IMG/VR virus record: IMGVR_UViG_3300014613_000072
Span: 1 to 31,506 of that record
Reading direction: 5' to 3' (one strand)
Source: a virus
Taxonomy: Duplodnaviria; Caudoviricetes
Length of the DNA: 31,506 bases
Positions 16,587-25,925 of the stretch are shown one piece after another. The position numbers and the translations under genes are program-made. The notes beneath the pieces are model-generated. The model saw nothing but the letters and a program-made list of their open reading frames with translations. It did no database searches and was not told the origin of the DNA. The number at the start of each line of letters is the position of its first letter. The stretch's first letter is position 1.

Positions 16587-18272
16587 ATGGGATACCTCGA
16601 CATCATCTTCGGCAAGCCAAAGACTGACCCCAAAAGCCCGGATTCTCCGGTCGAAGGCGGCAACATTCCGCCGCTACCTCTTCGCCAGATAATCGACGGC
16701 GAGAGGCGGGCGTCTCTGCTGAAGCTGGAGTCGTATCTCAGAGGCACTCAGCACGACCACAAACGCTTTGACTGGGACGGACGGATCATGTTCCAGGGCG
16801 GAGAGCTTGACGCCCAGGTGGACGCCTACATCTCCGTGAAAAGGCGAAAGCCCTGCATTTCGCTTCGCCTGGGGAAGATCATCGTCAAGCGCCTGACAAC
16901 GATGCTGTTCGGCCATGACAGATTCCCGTCTCTCACCGTCGAAGGCGACCCCGATGCTCAAGAGTACGTCCGGGAATTGATGCGAGTCGCCAAGCTCCGA
17001 ACGAAGATGTTCGAGGCGAGGAATAAAGGCGGTGCTTGTGGAACGATCTTCCTGAGTTATGGGTACGTCGAAGGCAAGCCGATAATTGAGGTGCATTCCC
17101 CGGGGTTGATCGACGTTCTCGAGTGGAGAGACTACGCGGGACGCATCCCTAGTAAGGTCCTGAAAGCATACGACTATCAGAGTCGAGTATTCGAGAAAGG
17201 CACATCGAAGAAGGTCAACCTATGGCGCGTCAAATACTGGGATGAAACCATCGAACAAACATGGGAAGACATCCCGGACGAAGTAGCGGCAACTCCGCTA
17301 TGGACTTCCTGGCGTTCTACCGTGATTCAACACGGGGCTGGGAAGTGCCCGGTTCTGCTCGTCCAGAACGATCCGAACAGCGAGGAAGTGGACGGCAATT
17401 CCGATTTCGACGGCCAGATGAACGATTTCGACGAACTTGACCGGCTCGCCTCGGCTACGCAGAAGGGGACCGCTGCAAACGTTGACCCAACGGTAGTTAT
17501 TCACGACCACAAGGGGAAGGACGAGACCTTCGTTCGCAAGGGCACTGGTACCGTCATCTACTCGCCATCAGGCGCAAATTATATGGAGATTTCTGGTAGC
17601 TCGGTTGACGCCGCGAAGTCGTGGATGCGAGAGATAAAGCAGAATGAGCTTGACGAGGCCGAAGTCGTCCTCTTGGACCCCGACAAGCTGTCAGGTAGCG
17701 GGGTTTCAGCCGCGTCTCTCAGGGTCCGTTTCGCGCCGATGCTGGCCAAGTGCGACATCCTCCGGGATCAGTACGGCGAGGCGATTGTCGAGGTTATGAA
17801 GGCACTGCTCGAACAGGCTCGACAGGGCGGAGTTGAGCTTGACCCGATAATCGAGGAAAAGGACGTCAACGACTCCGAGGGGAATCCTATCCTCGACGAG
17901 GAAGGCAAACCTCGAAAGGTGATCATCGAAAAGCCTCGTATTCCCGGGAAGTCCTCTCGTGTTTCGCTCAAATGGCCGCCCTACTTCCCGGCGACTTGGG
18001 AAGACAGGAAGATCGGCATTGAGTCAGTGAAACTGGCAACCGGCGGGAAGTCCGTTCTTTCCCGGGAAACAGCGCTCGGATTGCTCGCCTCAATGCTCGA
18101 CATCGAAGACGTTGACGCGGAGCTTGACCGCATTGACGAAGACGCGGAAGCAGCAAGCGAGAAGGCGCGTTCGATCTTCGGGCCGCCCGGTGGATTGCCG
18201 CCTGAGACTCACGAGATTCCGCCTACTACTCCGCCGGTTGAACCACCTATTCCCAATGCGTCGCAGAGGTAG
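16587..18272 (+). CDS. Portal protein (SPP1 gp6-like)
   Basis: 561 aa, downstream of TerL and before the gp7-like gene. KIIVKRLTTMLFG, PVLLVQN..GNSDF, SGVSAASLR, LSRETAL and EDVDAELDRI motifs. Confidence 0.85.
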   Translation: MGYLDIIFGKPKTDPKSPDSPVEGGNIPPLPLRQIIDGERRASLLKLESYLRGTQHDHKRFDWDGRIMFQGGELDAQVDAYISVKRRKPCISLRLGKIIVKRLTTMLFGHDRFPSLTVEGDPDAQEYVRELMRVAKLRTKMFEARNKGGACGTIFLSYGYVEGKPIIEVHSPGLIDVLEWRDYAGRIPSKVLKAYDYQSRVFEKGTSKKVNLWRVKYWDETIEQTWEDIPDEVAATPLWTSWRSTVIQHGAGKCPVLLVQNDPNSEEVDGNSDFDGQMNDFDELDRLASATQKGTAANVDPTVVIHDHKGKDETFVRKGTGTVIYSPSGANYMEISGSSVDAAKSWMREIKQNELDEAEVVLLDPDKLSGSGVSAASLRVRFAPMLAKCDILRDQYGEAIVEVMKALLEQARQGGVELDPIIEEKDVNDSEGNPILDEEGKPRKVIIEKPRIPGKSSRVSLKWPPYFPATWEDRKIGIESVKLATGGKSVLSRETALGLLASMLDIEDVDAELDRIDEDAEAASEKARSIFGPPGGLPPETHEIPPTTPPVEPPIPNASQR

Positions 18273-18275
18273 CCT

Positions 18276-19325
18276 GTGGGCGTCAGAGAGGCCGACAAGG
18301 TCATAGAGCGATACCTGGCCAGGGTACAGGCGCTCATTACTCTGGGGACCCCTGAAGGCCGTAGAGCGGCGAATGAGATCCTCACTCTGCTCGTCGCGGC
18401 CGATGCCTCACTCGCTCGAAGACTCGGCGAGTGGAACGCGCTCCATGGCGGCAGAGAGATGCGATTCACCGAGGCTTCCATGCTCGCCTATCGGTCTCAG
18501 ATGGCCGATGTTCTGGTTTACGTGAAAGCGAGACTGGCAGGAATCACCGAGATAGAGGCGATGAACGCGGCGAGGACTTCCGCCGTTGCTACCTCTCGAC
18601 TTTTCGAGACTCTTGAACGTGAGTTCACTGGAATCGCCGTACCTCTCCGAATAGACGAGGCAGTTATCGCCAGACTTCGCCCGTCATTGCTCGCTCGTCA
18701 TGCGACAAGTGTTGACCGCTATGGAATGTCGATGATTGACGTGATGCAGCGGACGATAGCAGACGGATTCATGGAGGGGGTCAGTCAGTACGAAATGACG
18801 AACAGACTGGTCTCTCTCGGGGGGCCGCGTGGCTTGGTGTCTGTCAGAGCGACAGAGATCTCCCCCGGTGTCGTTTTTCGCATCGCTGAGGAAGATATCC
18901 CCGAAGGTCTCTTTGTCCGCCATCGCTACTGGGCAGAGCGCATCGTCAGGACCGAAGTCGCCGAAGCCCAGAACGCCGTCAACTTCGAGTCTATCGGCGA
19001 TGGTATCCGGGAATTCCCAGATATGCGGAAGAAGATACTCGCCGTCATGGACAATAGAACTGCCTGGGATTCTATTGGCGTTCATGGCCAGGTGAAGGCT
19101 GAAAACGAGAACTTCAGGGACGGGGCAGGTCGCGAGTATCTACGTCCACCGGCCCGCCCGAACGACCGCGAGACGATCATTCCATGGCGGGCAGAATGGC
19201 CGGATACCGAACATTCCCGGGAGCTTACACCAGCGGAGCGTGATACGATGTGGGAGCGCAACAGTGCGTGGCAGACCAACCGGGCTCGCAGGCGGGCTCG
19301 CGCAAAAGCAAAGGGGACACCGTGA
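18276..19325 (+). CDS. Head morphogenesis protein (SPP1 gp7/Mu gpF-like)
   Basis: Follows the portal. AERIVRTE, DNRT..HGQ and PPARPNDR (a Cys-less variant of PPxHPNCR). Confidence 0.8.
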   Translation: MGVREADKVIERYLARVQALITLGTPEGRRAANEILTLLVAADASLARRLGEWNALHGGREMRFTEASMLAYRSQMADVLVYVKARLAGITEIEAMNAARTSAVATSRLFETLEREFTGIAVPLRIDEAVIARLRPSLLARHATSVDRYGMSMIDVMQRTIADGFMEGVSQYEMTNRLVSLGGPRGLVSVRATEISPGVVFRIAEEDIPEGLFVRHRYWAERIVRTEVAEAQNAVNFESIGDGIREFPDMRKKILAVMDNRTAWDSIGVHGQVKAENENFRDGAGREYLRPPARPNDRETIIPWRAEWPDTEHSRELTPAERDTMWERNSAWQTNRARRRARAKAKGTP

Positions 19326-20278
19326 GAAAGACCAAGGAAACGACCGAAGAGACGCCATCCTTTGACCGCTCAAAGTGGTTTTACGACAAAAAGAAGGGCT
19401 GGACCCATACAGGCGACGAATGTCTTTCATTGCAGCACCCGTTCATCGAACCCGACCTGCAAACAATCGTCCTGCCCATCAAGGGTCTGACGCCTGATCC
19501 TCGCCAAGCTCGCACCCATGGCGACCGTTCAATCGAGGCGATCAAGTCGAGCCTCTACGCCTATGGCCAGAAGAAACCTATCGTCGTGACGACGGAAGGA
19601 GTCGTCGTTGCAGGCCATGGGACCATCGAGGCGGCTCGAGCATTGGGCCGGACCCATATTGCCGCTGTGACCTCCGGTGACAGCGATAAAAGCCTGCGAG
19701 CCTTCGCCATTCAGGACAACCGGACAGCAGAGCTTTCAGACTGGGACAACGCGTCCTTGCAGACGGAACTGGCTGCTCTTGCCGATCTCGGAACCGACCT
19801 GGCCGATATCGGGTGGTACGAGGATGAGTATCAGGCGCTTATTTCCGGTGATGCGTTAGAAGATGGAGGAAACAACCCAGGCGATTCTGGCGACAACCAG
19901 AATCCCTACACCCGGAACATCACAGCTCCTATCTACACTCCGACCGGGGAGAAACCGAAGATCTCAGACCTATTCGATTCCGAGAAAACCAGGGCGCTGA
20001 TCAGGAAGATAGGAGCTTCAGATATCCCGCAAGACGAAAAGGAATTCCTCAAAGTAGCGGCCCGTCGTCATACCGTCTTCAACTATCACAAGATCGCTGA
20101 CTACTACGCACAATCGGAGCCGGAAGTGCAGCGACTCATGGAAGATTCCGCCCTGGTGATCATCGACTTCAACCGGGCCATCGAGCTTGGATACGTCAAG
20201 CTCACCGATGAAATTGCCGCTCAGTACAACGCGGACTATCCCGGGGAAGAATCGGACGGTGACGAAGATGATGCCTGA
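19322..20278 (+). CDS. ParB/Srx-like N-terminal domain fused to a glycosyltransferase-associated domain
   Basis: LTPDPRQARTH, YGQKKPIVV, VVAGHGTIEAA and DNRTAELSDWD (phage ParB-N). After a G/N/D linker comes a second domain (YTRNITAPIY...FNYHKIADYY...ALVIIDF). GTGA overlap at 19322. Confidence 0.8.
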   Translation: MRKTKETTEETPSFDRSKWFYDKKKGWTHTGDECLSLQHPFIEPDLQTIVLPIKGLTPDPRQARTHGDRSIEAIKSSLYAYGQKKPIVVTTEGVVVAGHGTIEAARALGRTHIAAVTSGDSDKSLRAFAIQDNRTAELSDWDNASLQTELAALADLGTDLADIGWYEDEYQALISGDALEDGGNNPGDSGDNQNPYTRNITAPIYTPTGEKPKISDLFDSEKTRALIRKIGASDIPQDEKEFLKVAARRHTVFNYHKIADYYAQSEPEVQRLMEDSALVIIDFNRAIELGYVKLTDEIAAQYNADYPGEESDGDEDDA

Positions 20279-21119
20279 CAATTTTGCTGCTTTCATCATC
20301 ACCCATGGGCGTCCGAACCGGGTACTTACCTATAATGCACTTCAGAAACATGGCTATACCGGAAAGGTCTATATCGTCATCTACAATGAGGACAATACGG
20401 CCGAAGAGTATCATCGAATCTTTGGCGATAAGGTTCTGGTATACGACAAGAAAGCGATAGCTGGAATCACCGATATTGGCGACAACCGGCCTGAAATGAC
20501 CTGCGTCACATACCCTCGAAATGCCTGCTTCGAGATGGCCAAGAAGGTCGGAGTCAGGTACTTTATTCAACTCGATGACGACTATAAAGAATTCGCATAC
20601 AAGTACGATTCGAGCGGACAATACATAGAAAAGCCAATCGTCAATTTAGATGGCATACTCTCAGCGATACTCCGGTACTTTCAATCCATCCATGCGCTCA
20701 GTATCTCGATGGCCCAATGTGGCGACTTCATCGGTGGTCAGAACAACGGACTGGACAATTCAATCTGGCGACGTAGAAAGTGCATGAATACGTTCATTTG
20801 CGACGTCGAAAGACCCTTCAAGTTCTTCGGAAGAATGAATGAAGATGTCAGCACATACACGAATACCGGAAGCCGCGGCGGCCTGTTCCTGACGGTCACC
20901 AGCGTGGCAATTCACCAACTAACTACGCAGGTGAATCCCGGGGGAATGAGCGATGTATACGCTGACAGCGGGACATACGTAAAGAGCTTCTATTCCGTAA
21001 TGTATCAGCCGTCGAGTATCAGTATCAAGATGATGGGAACAAACCATCGACGACTCCACCATCGAATCAACTGGAAACGGACCGTTCCTGCTATCATCAG
21101 AGAGGAGTATCGGAAGTGA
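20268..21119 (+). CDS. GT-A fold glycosyltransferase (GREB1/TET-associated glycosyltransferase-like)
   Basis: FIITHGR, RNACF, YFIQLDDD (DxD), NTFIC, GRMNEDV, GGMSDVY and HHRINW motifs. Confidence 0.75.
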   Translation: MMPDNFAAFIITHGRPNRVLTYNALQKHGYTGKVYIVIYNEDNTAEEYHRIFGDKVLVYDKKAIAGITDIGDNRPEMTCVTYPRNACFEMAKKVGVRYFIQLDDDYKEFAYKYDSSGQYIEKPIVNLDGILSAILRYFQSIHALSISMAQCGDFIGGQNNGLDNSIWRRRKCMNTFICDVERPFKFFGRMNEDVSTYTNTGSRGGLFLTVTSVAIHQLTTQVNPGGMSDVYADSGTYVKSFYSVMYQPSSISIKMMGTNHRRLHHRINWKRTVPAIIREEYRK

Positions 21120-22162
21120 AGATAACGAGTCAGGAACACAAGATATATGCTAACATCGACCGTGTATCATCCCTGATACTCGGAGGCAATCCCCCTCCCG
21201 TAACCGTTGATATCGACCTGACGATGGCGTGCAATCTTCGATGTCAGGGTTGCACGTTTCCTCATCGAAGTCCTCTGAGTATCGAAACCTCAAAGGCCAT
21301 CGGGATACTCGGCCAGCTTTCGGAATTCGGAGTGCGGTCAATCGTCTTCACCGGGGGTGGCGAACCGATGATGCACCACGGCTTTCTGGGTGTAATACAG
21401 GCCGCTTCCGACTTAGGGCTTGACCTTGGAATCAACACGAATGGGACGCTTCTGACGGCCAATATGGCGGCAGGAATCGTGAGTATCACTGGGGTGAAAT
21501 GGATACGGGTATCGCTCAATGCTGGTAGCAGGTTGTCTCACGAAGAAGTCACCGGAACGAAAGGTCACATTTTCGACCATATCATCGAGAATATGGCCAT
21601 GCTTGCATCGGCGAGAAACGCTGCAAGCTCCGAGGTATCGCTCGGAGCCGGTGTGCTCTTACGAGACGAAATCATCGAAGAAATCGGGATGATACCGGCT
21701 CTCGTGAAATCGACGGGCTTCGACTATATCCACGTCAAACCTTTCCAGGTATCCCGAAGAGACGGCGTGCCCATGTATAGAGTCATTGACGTGTCAGCTC
21801 AGATAGATGAGGCGAGACGAATCGAGGATGAGGCGTTCTCTATAAACTACGACATGCGGCAATATAACACGGTGAGTCATAGGTTCAGTCGGTGTCATGG
21901 ATCTGCCTTGTCAACGGCCATAGGTGCTGATTTGAAGGTCTATCCGTGTTGTCATTCCGGGATAAAGTACAACGGCGACTTGGCGTTCGGAGACCTATCA
22001 ACGAGCAGATTCGACGAAGTATGGAATTCTCGAAAGCGTTCCGAAATCGTCAACGGTATCGACCTGAAACGATGCCTGATAGGCTGTCGCCTTTCGGCAT
22101 ACAATGAGGTGCTGGAAAGCATGACCTCTTCGGCAGGATGCACCCATGGGAGCTTTATCTGA
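21116..22162 (+). CDS. Radical SAM enzyme with SPASM/Twitch-like C-terminal domain
   Basis: CNLRCQGC (CxxxCxxC), FTGGGEP, TNG and IRVSL. C-terminal CHG...VYPCCH...GDL...W...CLIGC. Confidence 0.92.
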   Translation: MKITSQEHKIYANIDRVSSLILGGNPPPVTVDIDLTMACNLRCQGCTFPHRSPLSIETSKAIGILGQLSEFGVRSIVFTGGGEPMMHHGFLGVIQAASDLGLDLGINTNGTLLTANMAAGIVSITGVKWIRVSLNAGSRLSHEEVTGTKGHIFDHIIENMAMLASARNAASSEVSLGAGVLLRDEIIEEIGMIPALVKSTGFDYIHVKPFQVSRRDGVPMYRVIDVSAQIDEARRIEDEAFSINYDMRQYNTVSHRFSRCHGSALSTAIGADLKVYPCCHSGIKYNGDLAFGDLSTSRFDEVWNSRKRSEIVNGIDLKRCLIGCRLSAYNEVLESMTSSAGCTHGSFI

Positions 22163-22204
22163 CGATTCTCGCCATTCCCGACTTCCCGTGCTACAATCCC
22201 CCGT

Positions 22205-22945
22205 ATGAGCAAGATCGTTCAGGCGTCAGGCACCCTCACCGTCCAGTCCGATACCGGAGTCACCGGCCAGGGCGTGGACTCGAAACAACTCACCCTCGGC
22301 CCCGGGGGCGCTTCCACGGGCCGGAGGTACTACCAGGCCGTCGTCAGCTCGCAGGTGGACCTCGAAACCTCGGGAGCAGTCGGAGCGGCCTTCGAGCCTC
22401 TGGACGCGGTGGACGACCTGACCCGAGTGGAGCTGATCTACCTGCGCTCCACTGCCGAGGTGATGCTCAGGCTCTATGCGCTCCCCGCGACGGCTCTGGC
22501 GGTCGCTGGCGCGTTTCCAACGGGATTCGGAGGGGGAGAGACGCTGGTCTGCACCATCGACGGTGTGGTCGTCACCACGACGTTTGACGTGGCCGATCAG
22601 ACCGCCCTTCAGTGCGCCGCGAGGATCAATGCTGCGATGGCCCTTGCCGGAATCGCAACGCCTCGGGTAACCGTCGTGGCAGGGCAACTCTACCTGACCG
22701 GGGTATCGACCAAGGTCGAGAGCGGCGGGGTTGGACAACTCTCGTTCACGACCACCCCGGGAAGCACTCAACTGGGGTTGGCGACAGCCACGAGCCCAAC
22801 CATCGCCGACGCCCAAGGTCAGGACATCGCCATCAATGGATTGGCGCTCTTGGAATTCCCGACAACGGGTGCTAATCTATTGACGTCTGTAGAGATTAGC
22901 GGTCAGGCAACAGTCGAAGTCCTGATCGCAGGAAGGTCCTCGTAG
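22205..22945 (+). CDS. Putative virion structural protein
   Basis: Ala/Thr/Gly/Val-rich, in the head module. The AARINAAM motif resembles sheath/fibre insertion domains. Confidence 0.65.
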   Translation: MSKIVQASGTLTVQSDTGVTGQGVDSKQLTLGPGGASTGRRYYQAVVSSQVDLETSGAVGAAFEPLDAVDDLTRVELIYLRSTAEVMLRLYALPATALAVAGAFPTGFGGGETLVCTIDGVVVTTTFDVADQTALQCAARINAAMALAGIATPRVTVVAGQLYLTGVSTKVESGGVGQLSFTTTPGSTQLGLATATSPTIADAQGQDIAINGLALLEFPTTGANLLTSVEISGQATVEVLIAGRSS

Positions 22946-22962
22946 GACCGGGAGTATTTGAA

Positions 22963-23631
22963 ATGGCATCCGACGTTTTCACCGAACTGGACAAGGCGAA
23001 TCCCAACAATGTCCCGGACCTGCTGCGACTCGGAAAAGCAGGGTCGGGCCTTCACCAGACCGTGGCCCGGTTCCACACGGATACCGTGGGCACGGTAACG
23101 GCAAATATCCTGACCCTTCCGACTGGAGCAAAGGCCCGACAGATTCTCCGATGTTGGGTCACAGTTGGCGGTTCCACTGGGAACAAGACCGTCGCGGTTG
23201 CCGAGGCGACCCCAGGAGCCGGGGCGTGTGCCGTCAATCAGAACGGTGACATCGAGTTCGCCGCAGCGGATGCCGTGACCCAAGCCGAGGTGACCTACAT
23301 CCCGGTTGAAGGCGAACTCGTCAGTGAGACGATCCCAGTCACCGCTGGTGGCGCTGGTACCTTCCTGCGGAGCAAGCGGGCCACGATGCTCATGAGCGCT
23401 TCCCTGAACGCCCCTGCCGCCGCTCCTGGTGCGTCGATCATCGACGATAGAGGGACCGGTGCTGCGGCTGGTCATGCTCAGTTGACCGTCGCAGGAACCG
23501 GCGTCGAGTTCAATGCAGCCGACTGCACGGCTGTCTGCTCTGCCGACGTAACCTACTACGCGGTTCCCGGCGTTGGGACTGGCGTAGACGACGACTTCGG
23601 AGCCCGGCTCGAGGCCGACTTCACCCCGTAA
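22963..23631 (+). CDS. Putative head decoration/structural protein
   Basis: Ala/Gly/Thr-rich with an internal two-fold repeat (IEFAAADAVTQAEVTY / VEFNAADCTAVCSADVTY). GGGAG upstream. Confidence 0.65.
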   Translation: MASDVFTELDKANPNNVPDLLRLGKAGSGLHQTVARFHTDTVGTVTANILTLPTGAKARQILRCWVTVGGSTGNKTVAVAEATPGAGACAVNQNGDIEFAAADAVTQAEVTYIPVEGELVSETIPVTAGGAGTFLRSKRATMLMSASLNAPAAAPGASIIDDRGTGAAAGHAQLTVAGTGVEFNAADCTAVCSADVTYYAVPGVGTGVDDDFGARLEADFTP

Positions 23632-23660
23632 ATTCCTGACCAACGACGAAAGGAGACATC

Positions 23661-24365
23661 ATGAGACCGCATATTTACCTGTCACCGGACGAAGGTGGCT
23701 CGACTCCGCAAACTCCGCCAGTCCCGCCAGTTGTACCGCCACCCACTCCTGTTCTGCCAGCCGAAGATGAGCTGAAATTCACGAGCGAGACTCTCGGGAA
23801 AAGGCTGGAACGAGAGCGCCTGAAGGCGCAATCTGACCTGCTGAAAACGCTTGGTTTTGAGACGGTCGAAGCCTATCAGGAATACAAGAAGAACGCTGAT
23901 GCTTTGGCGGCAGCAAAGGCGGAAGAGGAACGCCTGAAACTCTCCGAAATCGAGCGGTATAAGGCCGACATTGCCGACCGCGACAAGAAGGTCGCTGAGG
24001 CTGAATCGGCCCGCCAAGCCGCCGTTGCAGAGGCAGAATCGGCCAGGGTTTCAGCTCATCTTCACCGGGTATTCGCATCGAAGGGGATCACCGGGACGGA
24101 CTACGCCATGTTCCGGCTCGAAGCCGAGTTGAATCGACTCCCTGACGGCCAGGAATTGGACGAAAACGCCTTCCTGGATGGTCTCTTGAAAGACCCCAGG
24201 GAGCGAGTGGCGCTCGGCCTTGGAGACGTGAAGACCCCTCCCATTACGACCACAACTCCCCCCGGTGGACCGCCTCCAAAAGCTCCCGCCGCCGGTCAGA
24301 AACACGCTTCCCAGATGACTGACGAGGAATGGACGGCGTACAAACGAGAGCATCATCTCGGATAG
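23661..24365 (+). CDS. Capsid scaffolding protein
   Basis: Pro-rich N-terminus, RLERER coiled coil, LSEIERYK and C-terminal MTDEEWTAYK. Lies directly before the capsid gene. Confidence 0.8.
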   Translation: MRPHIYLSPDEGGSTPQTPPVPPVVPPPTPVLPAEDELKFTSETLGKRLERERLKAQSDLLKTLGFETVEAYQEYKKNADALAAAKAEEERLKLSEIERYKADIADRDKKVAEAESARQAAVAEAESARVSAHLHRVFASKGITGTDYAMFRLEAELNRLPDGQELDENAFLDGLLKDPRERVALGLGDVKTPPITTTTPPGGPPPKAPAAGQKHASQMTDEEWTAYKREHHLG

Positions 24366-24369
24366 TCGC

Positions 24370-24398
24370 TTGCATTCCAGATAGTCCTATCCTATTCT
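24370..24398 (+). promoter_or_regulatory. Sigma70-type promoter upstream of the major capsid gene
   Basis: TTGCAT (24370-24375), 17 nt spacer, TATTCT (24393-24398). Confidence 0.55.
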
Positions 24399-24494
24399 AT
24401 CCCGTAGAGAGCGCCTGACACCTACGGGACGACGCCGGTCAAAGGTCGAAGGTAGACGGCCTCCAATAACGTGCTTTGCACAGGAGGTTAGACC

Positions 24495-25880
24495 GTGACC
24501 ATTTCTCTCGTAGGACTCAATCCTTACCTCGCCGACCTGATCATGACCGGCTCCATTGAGCGCATGATTCACGAGGCTCTCGTCTCCGAAACTCTCTTCC
24601 GGACCGACGTGAAGCCGGAGGAATTCGGAGGGAAGATCGGCGAAACCAAGCTCGTCACCCGTAACGGATTGCTTCCGATCAATATCAATCCGTTGGCTCC
24701 CGGAGTTGACCCGACTCCGAAGACCTACGCGAAGGAGGCATTCCGCACCACTCTCCGGCGATGGGGAGACACTGTGGATATGTACCTTCCGCACGACTAC
24801 ATCGGCGTGCAGAAAGAATCCGCCGAGAAGTCGCAAGCCATCGGCCTGAACGCGGCCCAGACCATCGACAGGATTACCCGGCAAGCTCTCTACCGGACCT
24901 ATCTCGCCGGCAACACGATCACCACGGCGGCGGCTGTCGCGACTGCTCTCCGGGTTCACGTCGCCAGCCTGAACGGCTTTATGGAGATGAACTCGGCGAC
25001 CAACGGCCAGCCGGTGGCCGTCAGCGCTTCATCTCCTCTGGCCGTCAGCTTCGGCGGCGCAGAGCCGAACAACACCGTCGTGGGATTCGATCCTGACGAT
25101 GCTCTGCTTCCCTTCGGGCCGGGCTGGATTACCCTGGGCGCTGCCCTCACCGTGGGCGTAGCGGCCCGTGAGGCGGTCCTGGCAGCGAACCGATCGAACG
25201 TCATCTTTGCCGGTGGCGGAAACACGGTAGACAACCTCGGAGCAGGCGACACTTTGAGCTTGACCGACATCATCAATGCAGTATCGAGCCTGCGTGCCGC
25301 CCCGAAGGTTCCGACCTTCTCGGACGGGATGTTCCACGCTCACCTGTCGCCCTATTCAGAGGGTCAACTCCTGCTCGATCCGCTCGTGCGCGGCATGATC
25401 GGTACCGACAGAATCCCGGACGCTTATCGCCGCTACGCACTCGGCGAGCTCGCCGGAGCTTTGTTCCTGAGGAACCCGGAAGTTCCCGACAGCCTCAACT
25501 CCGGGACGCTGGTTTCGACCTCGACAGGTTCCGCCCAATGCTCTCCCGAAATCGGCGGAGAGGTCGTGAATCACACCGGCGTTCGAGTCGGTCTGACCTT
25601 CATTTACGGGAATGGACACGCTTACGAGGAATACATTCCCCCGGGAGCGACCCCTCCCGAGGTGGATATCGACAAGCGCCAGACCGCGATTCCCGCTTCG
25701 TCCAGTGGCGTGTCGCTGAACACCGATCGCATCGAATTCATCCTCCGGCCTCCGTTCGACCGCATGGGCGAAATCACGGCGTTCTCCTGGAAGATCATCT
25801 GCGACATCCTCTGCGCTTCGGACATCACGACTTCGACCCGTCGCTATCGGCGCGGCGTCATCATCGCTCACGCCATCTAA
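24495..25880 (+). CDS. Major capsid protein
   Basis: Follows the scaffold, 461 aa, strong SD AGGAGG. HK97-fold-like pattern (GETK..TR, WGDTVD, IGLNAAQTID, LGELAGALF, FDRMGE..FSWK). Confidence 0.8.
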   Translation: MTISLVGLNPYLADLIMTGSIERMIHEALVSETLFRTDVKPEEFGGKIGETKLVTRNGLLPININPLAPGVDPTPKTYAKEAFRTTLRRWGDTVDMYLPHDYIGVQKESAEKSQAIGLNAAQTIDRITRQALYRTYLAGNTITTAAAVATALRVHVASLNGFMEMNSATNGQPVAVSASSPLAVSFGGAEPNNTVVGFDPDDALLPFGPGWITLGAALTVGVAAREAVLAANRSNVIFAGGGNTVDNLGAGDTLSLTDIINAVSSLRAAPKVPTFSDGMFHAHLSPYSEGQLLLDPLVRGMIGTDRIPDAYRRYALGELAGALFLRNPEVPDSLNSGTLVSTSTGSAQCSPEIGGEVVNHTGVRVGLTFIYGNGHAYEEYIPPGATPPEVDIDKRQTAIPASSSGVSLNTDRIEFILRPPFDRMGEITAFSWKIICDILCASDITTSTRRYRRGVIIAHAI

Positions 25881-25925
25881 TCGGCTCTCTGGACGGTAGT
25901 TGATTCCGTGTGCTATGCTTGGAGC

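Noticed and set aside
19250-19321. Upstream starts given in the ORF track (19250, also 5558, 5766, 6967, 10100, 13058, 20187, 25908)
   Set aside because: Downstream starts fit stop-start overlaps, SD spacing or promoter position better.
19322-19850. ParB as a plasmid-prophage partition system
   Set aside because: No ParA ATPase, HTH domain or parS array nearby. The context matches modification-associated phage ParB-N domains.
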